64,000 bases of DNA from an uncultured bacterium. GTDB lineage: Bacteria; Fidelibacterota; Marinisomatia; Marinisomatales; UBA1611. Of this stretch, positions 21,120 through 31,631 are shown one piece after another. The stretch is from positions 1 through 64,000 of the forward strand of contig CBFIBM010000011.1 in the NCBI GenBank assembly GCA_965660855.1, in the 5' to 3' direction. Each line of letters starts with the position of its first letter. The stretch's first letter is position 1. The notes under the pieces were generated by a model. It was not told the origin of the DNA. It was given only the letters and a program-made list of their open reading frames with translations, and searched no databases. The position numbers and the translations under genes are program-made.

Positions 21120-21905
21120 ATGTCCGAGAAAAAAGAATTTAAAAAAAAATACGAGAATAAGCTCAAAGAAGCTCAAATAGAATTAGTAAAACTACAAGAT
21201 TATGTAATACAAAATGGTGGAAAAATTGCTATAATCTTTGAAGGGAGGGATGCTGCAGGTAAAGGAGGAACAATTAAAAGACTTACGGAAAAACTAAATC
21301 CTCGTTATTGTAAAATTGTTGCTTTAGCAGCTCCAAATGAAAAAGAAAAATCACAATGGTATTACCAAAGATATATACCTTATCTTCCTTCTGCTGGTGA
21401 AATAGTAATTTTTGATAGAAGTTGGTATAATCGAGGTGGAGTAGAAAAAGTAATGGGCTTTTGTAGTGAAAAAGAATACATCGATTTTTTGCAATCTTGT
21501 CCAGAATTTGAGAGAATGATAATTAATTCAGGTACACAATTAGTGAAATATTGGTTTTCAGTTAGTGCGGAAGAACAAATGAGAAGATTTAAAGCGCGTG
21601 CTGAGGACCCAACTAAAGGATGGAAACTAAGTCCTATGGATTTAGAATCAGTAAACCGGTGGGATGATTATTCTAGAGCAAAAGACAATATGTTTGAGCA
21701 TACAGACACACCAAATTCTCCATGGTTTGTTGTTGAGTCAGACGATAAGAAAAAAGCAAGAATTAATTGTATTAGTCACTTTTTAGATTCTGTTTATTAT
21801 GAAGAAGTTGACTCGCCTGAAGTTATACTTCCTAATAGAGTACAACAAAAAGATTATAAAAGACCTCCAAGGTCAATTTATAAATATGTACCTGATGTCA
21901 TATAA
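21120..21905 (+). CDS. ppk2: polyphosphate kinase 2
   Basis: FEGRDAAGKGG, FDRSWYNRGGVEKVMGFC, WKLSPMD. Confidence 0.96.
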   Translation: MSEKKEFKKKYENKLKEAQIELVKLQDYVIQNGGKIAIIFEGRDAAGKGGTIKRLTEKLNPRYCKIVALAAPNEKEKSQWYYQRYIPYLPSAGEIVIFDRSWYNRGGVEKVMGFCSEKEYIDFLQSCPEFERMIINSGTQLVKYWFSVSAEEQMRRFKARAEDPTKGWKLSPMDLESVNRWDDYSRAKDNMFEHTDTPNSPWFVVESDDKKKARINCISHFLDSVYYEEVDSPEVILPNRVQQKDYKRPPRSIYKYVPDVI

Positions 21906-21963
21906 TTGATGAGGTTTTAAACGTAATCAATCATTTATATTAGTGCCCTAATAAAATAAAGTT

Positions 21964-23991
21964 TTGTCAACAAACATTAATATAGCGTTTTTCATTTTTT
22001 CGTTACTTTACTTATCTTGTAATGGCGATGATATAGATACATCTCCTCCATCCGTTTTTTTAACAAATCCTACAGAGTTTAGTACTGTTTCTCAAGAATT
22101 TTTGGTAACAGGGAATGCAAGTGATAATGATTCTATCAAATTTGTAGAACTTTATATTGATACTCTTTCTAGTGGAATTATTGATACTATTCCTCCTTAT
22201 GAATTTTTATGGAATACTACAGTCTTTTTGGATAGCTCAATTCATGCAATTTCACTCTATGCCGAAGATATAAATGAGAACGGTACTAAAAGTATTCCTA
22301 TTGAAGTATTGATTGATAATAGTAATTCAAACCCTCAGGGAGTTACAATACAAAGTATTGAATATTCGGAAATAAATATGGAAATTTTATTTAAAGGTTC
22401 TAAAGAAATAGATTTTAGTAATTATGAACTTTTATCATCAGATACCGAAAATGGTTTAAAAACTTCCCTAAGTTTAAAATCTGAAATAAATGATACAATA
22501 TTTAATATAACAAATTTTAATCCTACTATTCCAACGTGGTATTTTATAAAAGTTACAGATTTGTATGGATATTCAACAACAGGACCTGGATATTATGTCA
22601 TTGATTCTCCTCCTCAACCCGTTTTGTTAATGCCTATTTCTTTCGATGGAGACTCGTTTGATATAAGTTGGTCGATTAATGATGAGAAAGACTTTTTTTC
22701 ATATTCAATTTTTCAATCTTCAAATCAAGACATGGAAAATGAAGTAAAAATTTATGAGTATGATCAACCTAATATAAATGAATACAATCTCCAAGAGATC
22801 CCTTTAAATCAATACCTATATTATCAAATTGAAATAGCAGATTTTTGGGGATTAAAATCTAGAAGTAATATTGAAAAAGGGACTTCATGGTTCTTATTTG
22901 AAAATCAATATGGAGCAGCAAATCATAATTTTGGCCGTTCAATTATAGAACTATCTGATGGGGGATATGTTTGCGTAGGTAACAGTAGTACATCAGGAAA
23001 TGAATTTGGTGATCTTTTATTAATAAAAATTGATAAATCGGGAGGAGAGCAATGGATTCATAATTTATCTTTTAGCCCTTCTGACAGGGCAAATATGTTA
23101 ATTGAAAGCTCAGATTCTGGAATAATCATTGTTGGGAATACAGTTTCAATTATTAATGGAAGCAAGGATATTTTAATCTTAAAAACTAATCAATCTGGTC
23201 ATGTTGAATGGCATAATAATTATGGAAATGATGAAGATCAAGAAGCACACTATATTCATTTATTAAATGATAATAGTTACATTATTTGTGGACAATCAGT
23301 TGAGCAAAATACTGGATTTAATGAGTTATTACTCATGAAAGTAGACTTGGACGGTACAGAAGTTTGGAGTAAAACTTATGGTGGAAATGGAGATGATTTT
23401 GGGTATTCAATAATTGAAGAAAACGATGGTTCAATACTTGTAACTGGTATGACAAAGTCATTTGGTGATTTAAATGGAGATGCATGGTTATTAAAAATTG
23501 ATATCAATGGTAATGAAGTTTGGAATAAAACATATGGTGGTAGTGGCATAGATCTCTCAAGACATTTTATAAGTACTTCAGATGGTTATATAATGATTGG
23601 AAATACAACCTCTTATGGCAGTGGGAATAATGATATTTTTTTAATCAAAGTGGATTTAGAAGGTAATCAACAATGGAGTAATACATTTGGTGGAATAGGT
23701 ACAGATATTGGACGTAAAATAATAAATTGCAATAATAACGGTTTTGCATTGATTGGTTATACAGATTCTTATGGTGAGGGAAATAACTTTAATAATTGGT
23801 TGATAAAAATTGATGAATTAGGAAATCTAATTTGGGATAAAACTTTTGGAGGTGATGGAAATGATAGAGCATTGTCTGGAATAAAAACATCTGATAATGG
23901 TTTTATTCTATCCGGATTTAGTGATTCAAATTCAAGTGATTTACCAAATGTTTTTATAGTAAAAACAGATGAGAATGGAAATATTAAGTAA
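21964..23991 (+). CDS. lipoprotein with Ig-like (Big) domain and beta-propeller-like repeats
   Basis: lipobox YLSC; DTSPPSV...ASDND...PYEFLWNT; about seven WxKTYGGxGxD repeats. Confidence 0.8.
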   Translation: MSTNINIAFFIFSLLYLSCNGDDIDTSPPSVFLTNPTEFSTVSQEFLVTGNASDNDSIKFVELYIDTLSSGIIDTIPPYEFLWNTTVFLDSSIHAISLYAEDINENGTKSIPIEVLIDNSNSNPQGVTIQSIEYSEINMEILFKGSKEIDFSNYELLSSDTENGLKTSLSLKSEINDTIFNITNFNPTIPTWYFIKVTDLYGYSTTGPGYYVIDSPPQPVLLMPISFDGDSFDISWSINDEKDFFSYSIFQSSNQDMENEVKIYEYDQPNINEYNLQEIPLNQYLYYQIEIADFWGLKSRSNIEKGTSWFLFENQYGAANHNFGRSIIELSDGGYVCVGNSSTSGNEFGDLLLIKIDKSGGEQWIHNLSFSPSDRANMLIESSDSGIIIVGNTVSIINGSKDILILKTNQSGHVEWHNNYGNDEDQEAHYIHLLNDNSYIICGQSVEQNTGFNELLLMKVDLDGTEVWSKTYGGNGDDFGYSIIEENDGSILVTGMTKSFGDLNGDAWLLKIDINGNEVWNKTYGGSGIDLSRHFISTSDGYIMIGNTTSYGSGNNDIFLIKVDLEGNQQWSNTFGGIGTDIGRKIINCNNNGFALIGYTDSYGEGNNFNNWLIKIDELGNLIWDKTFGGDGNDRALSGIKTSDNGFILSGFSDSNSSDLPNVFIVKTDENGNIK

Positions 23992-23994
23992 GAT

Positions 23995-24055
23995 AAAAAT
24001 GGGGCATAACATCACATTTGAGGCAAGTGAATTAATTTAATTATGCCCCCTTTTT
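23995..24055. terminator. bidirectional terminator-like hairpin between convergent genes
   Basis: aaaaat-ggggcataa...ttatgcccc-cttttt. Confidence 0.65.
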
Positions 24056-24161
24056 CTACATACCAAACGCACTAAAAAAAAGTACATTCATAATTTAATA
24101 CGGCTCTTACCTTCAATTCTCTTAATAAAGAACTCATAGGAGTGATTGGAATCACACTATA

Positions 24162-25493
24162 TTAATCTTTAAGCCTACCTAGTCTGCGATATTTTTCTTT
24201 ATATTTGATTAACAAATTCTTTTGACGATCAGATAAATCTAGCTCTTTTCCTCTAATGTAAGCTTTAATTGGATTTGTGTTTTGTAGTAAGGGCTCTGTC
24301 TCAGAAATAAAAAAAGTAGCATCTTTACCGGGCTCTAAAGATCCAATAGATTCATCAACTCCTAAAATCTCAGCTGCAGAAAGTGTAATTGATCTGAGGG
24401 CTTCATCTTTATCTAAGCCCCATGAATATGCTTTCATGGCTTCATCTGGTAAAGTTCTTACATGTCCATCCATTGGATATCCAGGTTCAAGTGATATACA
24501 AAATCTTACTCCTGCTTTATGAAGTAAGGCAGGTAGTTTATATGGTGTATGAATTGGCTCATATCTTCTAGAAGGAACTTTCTGTACGCCTAATAAAATA
24601 ATAGGCACATTATTATTGACAAAAATTTGTGGGTTAACCCAAGCATCATCTCCACCTACAATAACAATATTTAATTCATGTTTATTTGACCAATTTATTG
24701 CGGCTTCTATCTGTCTTATATCATATGCTTTGATATGAATTGGTTCCTGAAAAATAATAAATGGGATCATTGATTCTAGCCTGAGGTCTGATTTTTGCTT
24801 ATGCTCTGCTTTTCTTTCTTTAGCATTTTTTCTATGATGATATGATTTAACATTAAGTACTAATTCATCTAGTTTTCTTATAGTTTCCAAATAAATAGTT
24901 TTTTGATTTTTTTCACCTTTTTTTAATTTTTTATTATAATTGATATACATGTTAGGCCAGTTCAAATGTAGTGCAGCTGGATGTTTTATCGTCGCATCTT
25001 CCCAGGTCCAACCATCTAATGCCATTACGGAAGATTGACCTGGAATAAGACCTGATGCAGGTACTGAGTTAATAGTTAGAATACCATTTGACCTAGTTAT
25101 GGGTATTAAATCAGAATCAGTATTATATGTAACATTTGCACGAACATTTGGGTTGATTTCACCTATCTCTGAATGATCATTTGTTTGTTTTACAGCAGAT
25201 ATCTCTGTAAGTCCTATACGAGTGTAGGCTGCAATAAATCCTGGAACAACATGTTTGCCATAGATGTCATATATATCTGTTTCAGGAGAAGGTTTTATCA
25301 TTTGATCTATTGTGATAATTCTACCTTCAGAAAAAAGTATATCAGTTTCTTCTAAGGTACCATTTGAAACAGTGTGTAATGTACCGCCTCTTAAAAGTAT
25401 TGGTCTCTTCTGATCTGCAGCAGGAATTTGATTGTTGGAGTATAAATTTGGAAAAATAAGTAAAAATATAATAATTCTCATTGTGACTCCCAT
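24162..25493 (-). CDS. amidohydrolase family protein (metal-ligand motif degenerate)
   Basis: GKHVVPGFI, AAEILG...GSLEPGKDA; lacks HxH. Confidence 0.85.
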   Translation of the reverse strand: MGVTMRIIIFLLIFPNLYSNNQIPAADQKRPILLRGGTLHTVSNGTLEETDILFSEGRIITIDQMIKPSPETDIYDIYGKHVVPGFIAAYTRIGLTEISAVKQTNDHSEIGEINPNVRANVTYNTDSDLIPITRSNGILTINSVPASGLIPGQSSVMALDGWTWEDATIKHPAALHLNWPNMYINYNKKLKKGEKNQKTIYLETIRKLDELVLNVKSYHHRKNAKERKAEHKQKSDLRLESMIPFIIFQEPIHIKAYDIRQIEAAINWSNKHELNIVIVGGDDAWVNPQIFVNNNVPIILLGVQKVPSRRYEPIHTPYKLPALLHKAGVRFCISLEPGYPMDGHVRTLPDEAMKAYSWGLDKDEALRSITLSAAEILGVDESIGSLEPGKDATFFISETEPLLQNTNPIKAYIRGKELDLSDRQKNLLIKYKEKYRRLGRLKD

Positions 25494-28477
25494 GTTGATA
25501 ATTGATCATCTGATAAATCACAATTATGTCCAGAAGTCTTCGATTTATTATCTGGAGCCATGCTCTCTTTTGATCCACGCGGTGAAAGTAATATACGACT
25601 AATTATATCATTTCTTAACTTTTTATCCCTTTCTTCTAGTTCTAGGTTTTCATCAATTGACCAATATCTTTTTCCATCTATCCATGTCTCAAGTACTTTA
25701 GAATAAATGGATAAAGGGTTGCCATCCCACAAAACAAAATCAGCATCTTTTCCCTCCTCTAATGAACCAACCCATTGGTCTATTTGTAATTGCTTAGCAG
25801 GGTTAATGGTAACAAAATTTAATGCTTCTTCTTCTGAAAGATTTCCATATTTAATTGCCTTGGCTGCCTCAGTATTTAATCTTCTTGCTAGTTCAGCATC
25901 ATCAGAATTAAAAGACACTAAGACATTATTTTTTGCCATTAAAGATCCATTGTGAGGTATTGCATCAATGACTTCATATTTATATTGCCACCAATCTGAA
26001 AATGTTGATGCACCGGCTCCATGTTCTGCAATTCTGTCTGCGACTTTATATCCTTCTAAAACATGTTGAAAGGTTGAAATCCTAAATCCAAAATCTTCTG
26101 CTATTCTTGTCAACATCAATATTTCATCTTGTCTATATGAATGGCAATGAACAAGTCTTTCTCCTGTTAAAATTTCAGAAAGTGCTTCCAATTCTAGATC
26201 AATTCTAGGTGGAGCAAGTTTTCGATGAGCTTTGGAATTTCGTCTGTATGTTTTTTGTGCATGTGAATAGTCTTGAGCAGCTCTGAATGAATCTCTAATA
26301 ATTTGCTCAACGCCCATTCTTGTTTGTGGATAACGATCTGAACCACTCCAATTAGCTTGTTTTACATTTTCACCAAGTGCGAATTTTATCCCTTGAGGTG
26401 CTTCTTTAAATAGCAGTTCATTTGGCCCTAAACCCCATCTCAATTTTATAACTGCATTTTGTCCTCCAATAGGGTTAGCAGAGCCATGAAGGATATTTGC
26501 AGTAGTGAGACCTCCTGCAAGTTGACGATAAATATTGATATCATCCGCGAAAAGGACATCTTTAATTCGTACTTCCGCGGTAACAGATTGGGATCCTTCA
26601 TTAATCGAAGAAGCAGCTGAATGGCTGTGGCAATCTATTAAACCAGGTGTAAGATGTTTATTTGTGCCATCAATAATTAATGCACTTCCCATTGGAACAC
26701 TTATGTCCGGCGCAATTTTATCTATTTTCCCGTTTACAAATAAGATATCCCAATCTATAAGTTTGCCTTTTGGTCCTGACGTCCAAATGGTAATATCATT
26801 TATTAGAATTGCATTTGGGTTAAGTAATTCCAGGGATGAACCATAACTACCAGATGGAAAATACAGAGGAATATTACTTTGGACTTCTTTAACACGATTT
26901 ACTTTTCCATCCTCTTTAATTTTTTTAAATGAAAAACTATATTTATTATTTTCAATATCTGATACATCACCAATGATCTTTTTGGGTGTTATATTTCCCT
27001 CAAAGAAGAGTGGGTCTTGAAATTCAAAGGCTTGTATTGAAAATGAAATTTTGTTCTCAATTATTTCTAGGTTTATCGTTTCAGAGACTTCTCCTTTATA
27101 ATCAAATGTACCCTTCATCTTACCATAATCAGGCATTTCTGAATTATTATTTTTAGCAAATGTAAAGTCATAATCCTGCTCATTAAACCTGAGAACCCAC
27201 TTCCCTTTGATGTCAAATTTGAATTTTGGTGCTAAGTATTTTTCTTTTCCTGATAGCCAAACTGAAGTCACGCGTGATTTTGGATTAAAATAGTCACCAT
27301 CCGTGACTACTAAATTTGCCATAAATCCTGTTTGAATTTTTCCAATAAATTTTTCGACACCCATTGCTTCAGCAGGGAAGGTTGTAAGTGATGCAAGCAG
27401 AATATCTTTTGAAAGACCTCTATCGCTGACTCGTTGAAGATTTTTTCTAAAGTCTTTTTCACTTTTATATGTTGTAAGACTAAATGTCATACCAGAATCA
27501 TATATCTTTTTTAAATTATCTGGAGCCATCTCCCAATGTTGTAATTTTTCTGTTGAGTATTGCATTGCATCATAGGGATTTGACACTTTTGGTGACTTTG
27601 GAAAATTCAATGGTACGATAATAAAAGGTTTTTGATCTTTAATTTCACGTAGTCTACGGTATTCGTAACCACTACTAAGTATCCATGGTTTTAAATTAAA
27701 TTCCTTAGCGATATTTAATGATCGAATAGCAGAGTGCTCTTCTTTAGTAATGAATAATGTGGGTTTTTTATCTTCTATATTTTTTCCTAATATTTCCAAT
27801 GATTTATTTTTATGTAGAGGTTTATTTAATTCAGGAAAGTTATTTATTATTGCATTCGATTTTACATACCAATTTGCATCGAGGAATGTTTGTCTCAATA
27901 ATGCAATAACTCCTAGAAGTGAATTTGGATAAATCTTGTCAGACCATTTTGATGTTTTATATTCAATTACTTGAGCTACATCTTGAGATAATGAGTTGTA
28001 ATTTTCATCCAATAAAATAAGGTCAGATGTTCCTTTTATAATTCCTTTTTCAGGCACTATATGTGCAGCGGTTATTCCAAGAGAGTGTAAGTGGTTCAAA
28101 TCTTTTTCTTTAATGTCTAAATCATTTTTAGCTCTGTATTCTGCATTTATATTTTTATTCCAATGACTACTCGAAGGCTTTTTCTCTTTACTTTTTTTTA
28201 CCTCATACCAAGAATCAATAAAACCTGGGTATATATAGGAACCTTCCATATCAATTTCATATGCATCTAATGGTATTTTTATATATCTTCCTATTTTATC
28301 AATTTTTCCATCTCGAATTATAATAGTACAATCTTTTATAGAGTCACCAGGTTCAGTATGCACTAGTGCATTGGTCAAAGCCCAAACCATTGGATTATTT
28401 TCTTTTAAGCCAACAGAGGGTTTTGTTTGACCTAGAATTAAAGAAAACAACAAAAAATAAATTACCCTTAATAGCAT
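25478..28477 (-). CDS. two-domain amidohydrolase family protein
   Basis: two TIM-barrel units; second has PGLIDCHSH, HCHSY, FQH, NSDD, GSLEEGKDAD. Confidence 0.9.
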   Translation of the reverse strand: MLLRVIYFLLFSLILGQTKPSVGLKENNPMVWALTNALVHTEPGDSIKDCTIIIRDGKIDKIGRYIKIPLDAYEIDMEGSYIYPGFIDSWYEVKKSKEKKPSSSHWNKNINAEYRAKNDLDIKEKDLNHLHSLGITAAHIVPEKGIIKGTSDLILLDENYNSLSQDVAQVIEYKTSKWSDKIYPNSLLGVIALLRQTFLDANWYVKSNAIINNFPELNKPLHKNKSLEILGKNIEDKKPTLFITKEEHSAIRSLNIAKEFNLKPWILSSGYEYRRLREIKDQKPFIIVPLNFPKSPKVSNPYDAMQYSTEKLQHWEMAPDNLKKIYDSGMTFSLTTYKSEKDFRKNLQRVSDRGLSKDILLASLTTFPAEAMGVEKFIGKIQTGFMANLVVTDGDYFNPKSRVTSVWLSGKEKYLAPKFKFDIKGKWVLRFNEQDYDFTFAKNNNSEMPDYGKMKGTFDYKGEVSETINLEIIENKISFSIQAFEFQDPLFFEGNITPKKIIGDVSDIENNKYSFSFKKIKEDGKVNRVKEVQSNIPLYFPSGSYGSSLELLNPNAILINDITIWTSGPKGKLIDWDILFVNGKIDKIAPDISVPMGSALIIDGTNKHLTPGLIDCHSHSAASSINEGSQSVTAEVRIKDVLFADDINIYRQLAGGLTTANILHGSANPIGGQNAVIKLRWGLGPNELLFKEAPQGIKFALGENVKQANWSGSDRYPQTRMGVEQIIRDSFRAAQDYSHAQKTYRRNSKAHRKLAPPRIDLELEALSEILTGERLVHCHSYRQDEILMLTRIAEDFGFRISTFQHVLEGYKVADRIAEHGAGASTFSDWWQYKYEVIDAIPHNGSLMAKNNVLVSFNSDDAELARRLNTEAAKAIKYGNLSEEEALNFVTINPAKQLQIDQWVGSLEEGKDADFVLWDGNPLSIYSKVLETWIDGKRYWSIDENLELEERDKKLRNDIISRILLSPRGSKESMAPDNKSKTSGHNCDLSDDQLSTWESQ

Positions 28478-29286
28478 TAAAAATTTGGCCCCTTTAATTG
28501 ATTATCATCTATAAAATTAGTCACGTAATTATAAGTATCCTCTATATTATCTGTGATTACAAATAAATCAAGATCAGTTTTGGAAATAGTACCTATTTCA
28601 ACTAAATAATCCCAATTAACTACATTCTCCCAGAATTCTTTCCCATACAATACTATTGGAAGACGCTTTTTAATTTTTCCTGTTTGTATCAATGTAAGAA
28701 CTTCCATTAGTTCATCAAGAGTTCCAAATCCTCCAGGCCAAACAATAATCGCTTTGGCTAGATACACAAACCAAAATTTACGCATAAAAAAGTAATGGAA
28801 TTTCATATTCAAACCTTCAGAAATCCACTGATTACCTGAATCTTCAAAAGGTAAAGATATTGTAAGTCCAATATTTTTCCCCCCTACTCCTGCTGCACCT
28901 TTGTTGGCTGCTTCCATTATACCAGGACCTCCCCCCGAACAAACTATATAATGTTCATTCTCAGGTTTTAGTTCTTTGCTCCATAACGTCAATTTAGCTG
29001 CAAGTTTAGTCGCTTCTTCATAGTAATGACTCATTTTTAGGTCTATTTCCAATTGTTTTATATCTTTTTTACCATCTTTTTTTGCTGATTTAAGATTCTT
29101 TAGTGCAATTTCTCGTGGTTTTAATCTCGCTGATCCAAAAAATACTATAGTATCATTAATGTTATTCTTACTTATTCTTTCTAATGGACCATAATACTCT
29201 GATAAAATTCTTACAGATCTGCCAGATGAGCCTGAAAGAAAGTCAGTATTGTAATAAAACCTATTTTTTTTTATGTATTTTTTCAT
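28477..29286 (-). CDS. LOG family (TIGR00730) nucleotide phosphoribohydrolase
   Basis: FFGSAR, GGGPGIMEAANKGA, YFFMRK, PGGFGTLDE. Confidence 0.95.
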   Translation of the reverse strand: MKKYIKKNRFYYNTDFLSGSSGRSVRILSEYYGPLERISKNNINDTIVFFGSARLKPREIALKNLKSAKKDGKKDIKQLEIDLKMSHYYEEATKLAAKLTLWSKELKPENEHYIVCSGGGPGIMEAANKGAAGVGGKNIGLTISLPFEDSGNQWISEGLNMKFHYFFMRKFWFVYLAKAIIVWPGGFGTLDELMEVLTLIQTGKIKKRLPIVLYGKEFWENVVNWDYLVEIGTISKTDLDLFVITDNIEDTYNYVTNFIDDNQLKGPNF

Positions 29287-29398
29287 TTATTTTTTTCTTT
29301 TTATTATATGATTAAAAGTAAAGTAATTATTAATACAAAGAAATAAATCTTTCTAATATAATTTGTTGATTAGAAGAAATCAAAAATAGTATTTTTGA

Positions 29399-29749
29399 AT
29401 GATGATAAAAGACTACATAGTATACCTGATATTGTTATTATTAATTTCTTGTAAATTAAACCCTCCTCCTAAATTGATTAAATTACCACCAACAAAAAAA
29501 ACAGAATTAAATCAAAAAGAAACTATATTTACACTTGGTTATATGTCCGGTTATGATATTTGGGAATTTTTAAGGGAGAAACCATCTCAGGGAGATGTAA
29601 TTGAAACTTTCGGATTACCTGATTCAGTTTGGTTAGATGATCTACAATCAACAAAGTTTCTATATTATTTTATTTCAGATATACAAGATTACAATACTAT
29701 AGAGATTAGTACATCAACTGATAGCGTATCAGGATTTGAGTGGGATTGA
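29399..29749 (+). CDS. hypothetical lipoprotein
   Basis: lipobox LISC; VIETFGLPD (SmpA/OmlA-like) segment. Confidence 0.65.
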   Translation: MMIKDYIVYLILLLLISCKLNPPPKLIKLPPTKKTELNQKETIFTLGYMSGYDIWEFLREKPSQGDVIETFGLPDSVWLDDLQSTKFLYYFISDIQDYNTIEISTSTDSVSGFEWD

Positions 29750-29752
29750 AAT

Positions 29753-30841
29753 ATGAAAAATAAAAATAATTTAAATTATAGTGATTACTTGAAATTAGAT
29801 AGTTTGCTAAATAGTCAAGATTTAATGAGCGAAAAAAATGGGCAAAAAGCTCACGATGAAATGTTATTTATCATAGTTCATCAAACTTATGAACTATGGT
29901 TTAAACAGATAATTCATGAGATTGATTTAGTTCTAAAATTATTTTCTCAAAAAACTATTGACGAATCTGATGTTAGTAACGCAGTTCGACATTTAAACAG
30001 AATAATCGAAATTCAAAAACTTCTTATAGATCAAATAAGAGTTTTAGAAACTATGACAGCAATGGATTTTCTTGAATTTAGAGATCATCTCTTTCCATCA
30101 TCTGGCTTCCAAAGCTCACAATTTCGTCTAATTGAAAATAAATTTGGTCTCAAAAAAGATTTAAGAGTTAGCTACGGAAACAAAGATTATAAAGAAGTAT
30201 TAAAAAAAAATGACAAGTTATTAATTGAGAAATCTGAAAATAGTAAATCAATGTTTGAATTGCTTGAAGATTGGTTAGAAAGGACACCCTTTTTGTCATT
30301 TGAAGGATTTGACTTCTGGAAAAAATATAGTGATACCATTTCGGATATACTTAAAAAAGAAGAACACTTAATTAAGAATAAGCCTAATCAAACTGCGAAT
30401 GAGTTAGAGTCTAATTTAAAATCTCACAAGATTACTGTTTCATCATTTCAAGCATTTATTAATGCTGAAAAGCACGAGGACCTTATAAGAAGAGGTGAAA
30501 AAAGGTTATCTCATAAGTCTACAAAAGCCGCATTACTTATTTTTTTATATCGCGATGAGCCAATATTACATTCACCATTTAATTTATTATCAAGATTAAT
30601 GGATATTGATGAATTATTCACAACATGGAGGCAGCGACATGCAATTATGGTGCATAGGATGATTGGTGGTAAAATTGGTACAGGTGGCTCAAGTGGGCAT
30701 AAATATTTAAAATCAACTTCAGATAAACATAAGGTTTTTTCTGATTTATCAGATCTCTCAACTTTTTTTATAAGAAGATCTGCCTTACCTACCCTACCAG
30801 AAAATATTAAAAAGAGTTTAGGTTATTCCTTTCAATTATGA
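29753..30841 (+). CDS. kynA: tryptophan 2,3-dioxygenase (long, eukaryote-like)
   Basis: HDEMLFIIVHQTYELWFKQI, SGFQSSQFR, WLERTP, GTGGSSG. Confidence 0.95.
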   Translation: MKNKNNLNYSDYLKLDSLLNSQDLMSEKNGQKAHDEMLFIIVHQTYELWFKQIIHEIDLVLKLFSQKTIDESDVSNAVRHLNRIIEIQKLLIDQIRVLETMTAMDFLEFRDHLFPSSGFQSSQFRLIENKFGLKKDLRVSYGNKDYKEVLKKNDKLLIEKSENSKSMFELLEDWLERTPFLSFEGFDFWKKYSDTISDILKKEEHLIKNKPNQTANELESNLKSHKITVSSFQAFINAEKHEDLIRRGEKRLSHKSTKAALLIFLYRDEPILHSPFNLLSRLMDIDELFTTWRQRHAIMVHRMIGGKIGTGGSSGHKYLKSTSDKHKVFSDLSDLSTFFIRRSALPTLPENIKKSLGYSFQL

Positions 30842-31629
30842 CTTACTCTTTTAATGATAAGCATGCGATTGTTTGTGGCAGCACAGATGGAATTGGCAAA
30901 GCCACTGCGTTTGAATTAGCCGCAAATGGCTGTGATATTACTCTTGTAGCTCGTAATGAAGATAAGTTGGAAAAGACCTTGGCTGAGCTTCCAAAGCAAA
31001 AAAGAGAACAAAATCATTCATTCTTAAAAGCAGATTTTAATAATGCAAATTCTTTGAAGTCTAAAATTAATTTTTATATAAATGAATTAGATAAACCAGT
31101 ACATATATTAGTTAACAATTCTGGTGGACCAAAAGGTGGTAATCTTCTCCATGCGGAGATAGATGAATTTAGACAAGCTTTTGAAAGACTATTGATAGCG
31201 AATCAAATAATTTCACAAGCAGTCGCCCCTATAATGAAAAGAAATAGATATGGAAGGATTATTAATATTATTTCAACATCGGTTAAACAAGTGATCCCAG
31301 GATTGGGAGTTTCAAATACGATTCGTGGCAGTGTTGCTCAATGGGCAAAAACACTTGCCATGGAGCTAGGTCCCTATCAAATTTCTGTAAATAATGTGTT
31401 ACCTGGATATACCGTTACTAATCGATTGAATGAATTAGCCATGGGTAAAGCTATTAAAGAAAAAACTACCCCTGATGAAATCAAAAAGAACTGGGAAAGT
31501 AATACAACTCTAAAGCGATTAGGATCTCCACAAGAGATAGCAAACGTTATTGTTTTTTTATGCTCAGATAAATCTAGTTATATAACAGGACAAAATATAT
31601 CTGTTGATGGTGGAAGAATCGGGGTATAA
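30838..31629 (+). CDS. SDR family oxidoreductase
   Basis: CGSTDGIG, VNNSGGP, SNTIR (atypical catalytic motif), ITGQNISVDGG. Confidence 0.9.
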   Translation: MTYSFNDKHAIVCGSTDGIGKATAFELAANGCDITLVARNEDKLEKTLAELPKQKREQNHSFLKADFNNANSLKSKINFYINELDKPVHILVNNSGGPKGGNLLHAEIDEFRQAFERLLIANQIISQAVAPIMKRNRYGRIINIISTSVKQVIPGLGVSNTIRGSVAQWAKTLAMELGPYQISVNNVLPGYTVTNRLNELAMGKAIKEKTTPDEIKKNWESNTTLKRLGSPQEIANVIVFLCSDKSSYITGQNISVDGGRIGV

Positions 31630-31631
31630 AA

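Noticed and set aside
22880..23991. Periodic sequence that might be a CRISPR or DNA repeat array
   Set aside because: Repeats are degenerate protein-level propeller blades within an ORF, not identical DNA repeats with spacers
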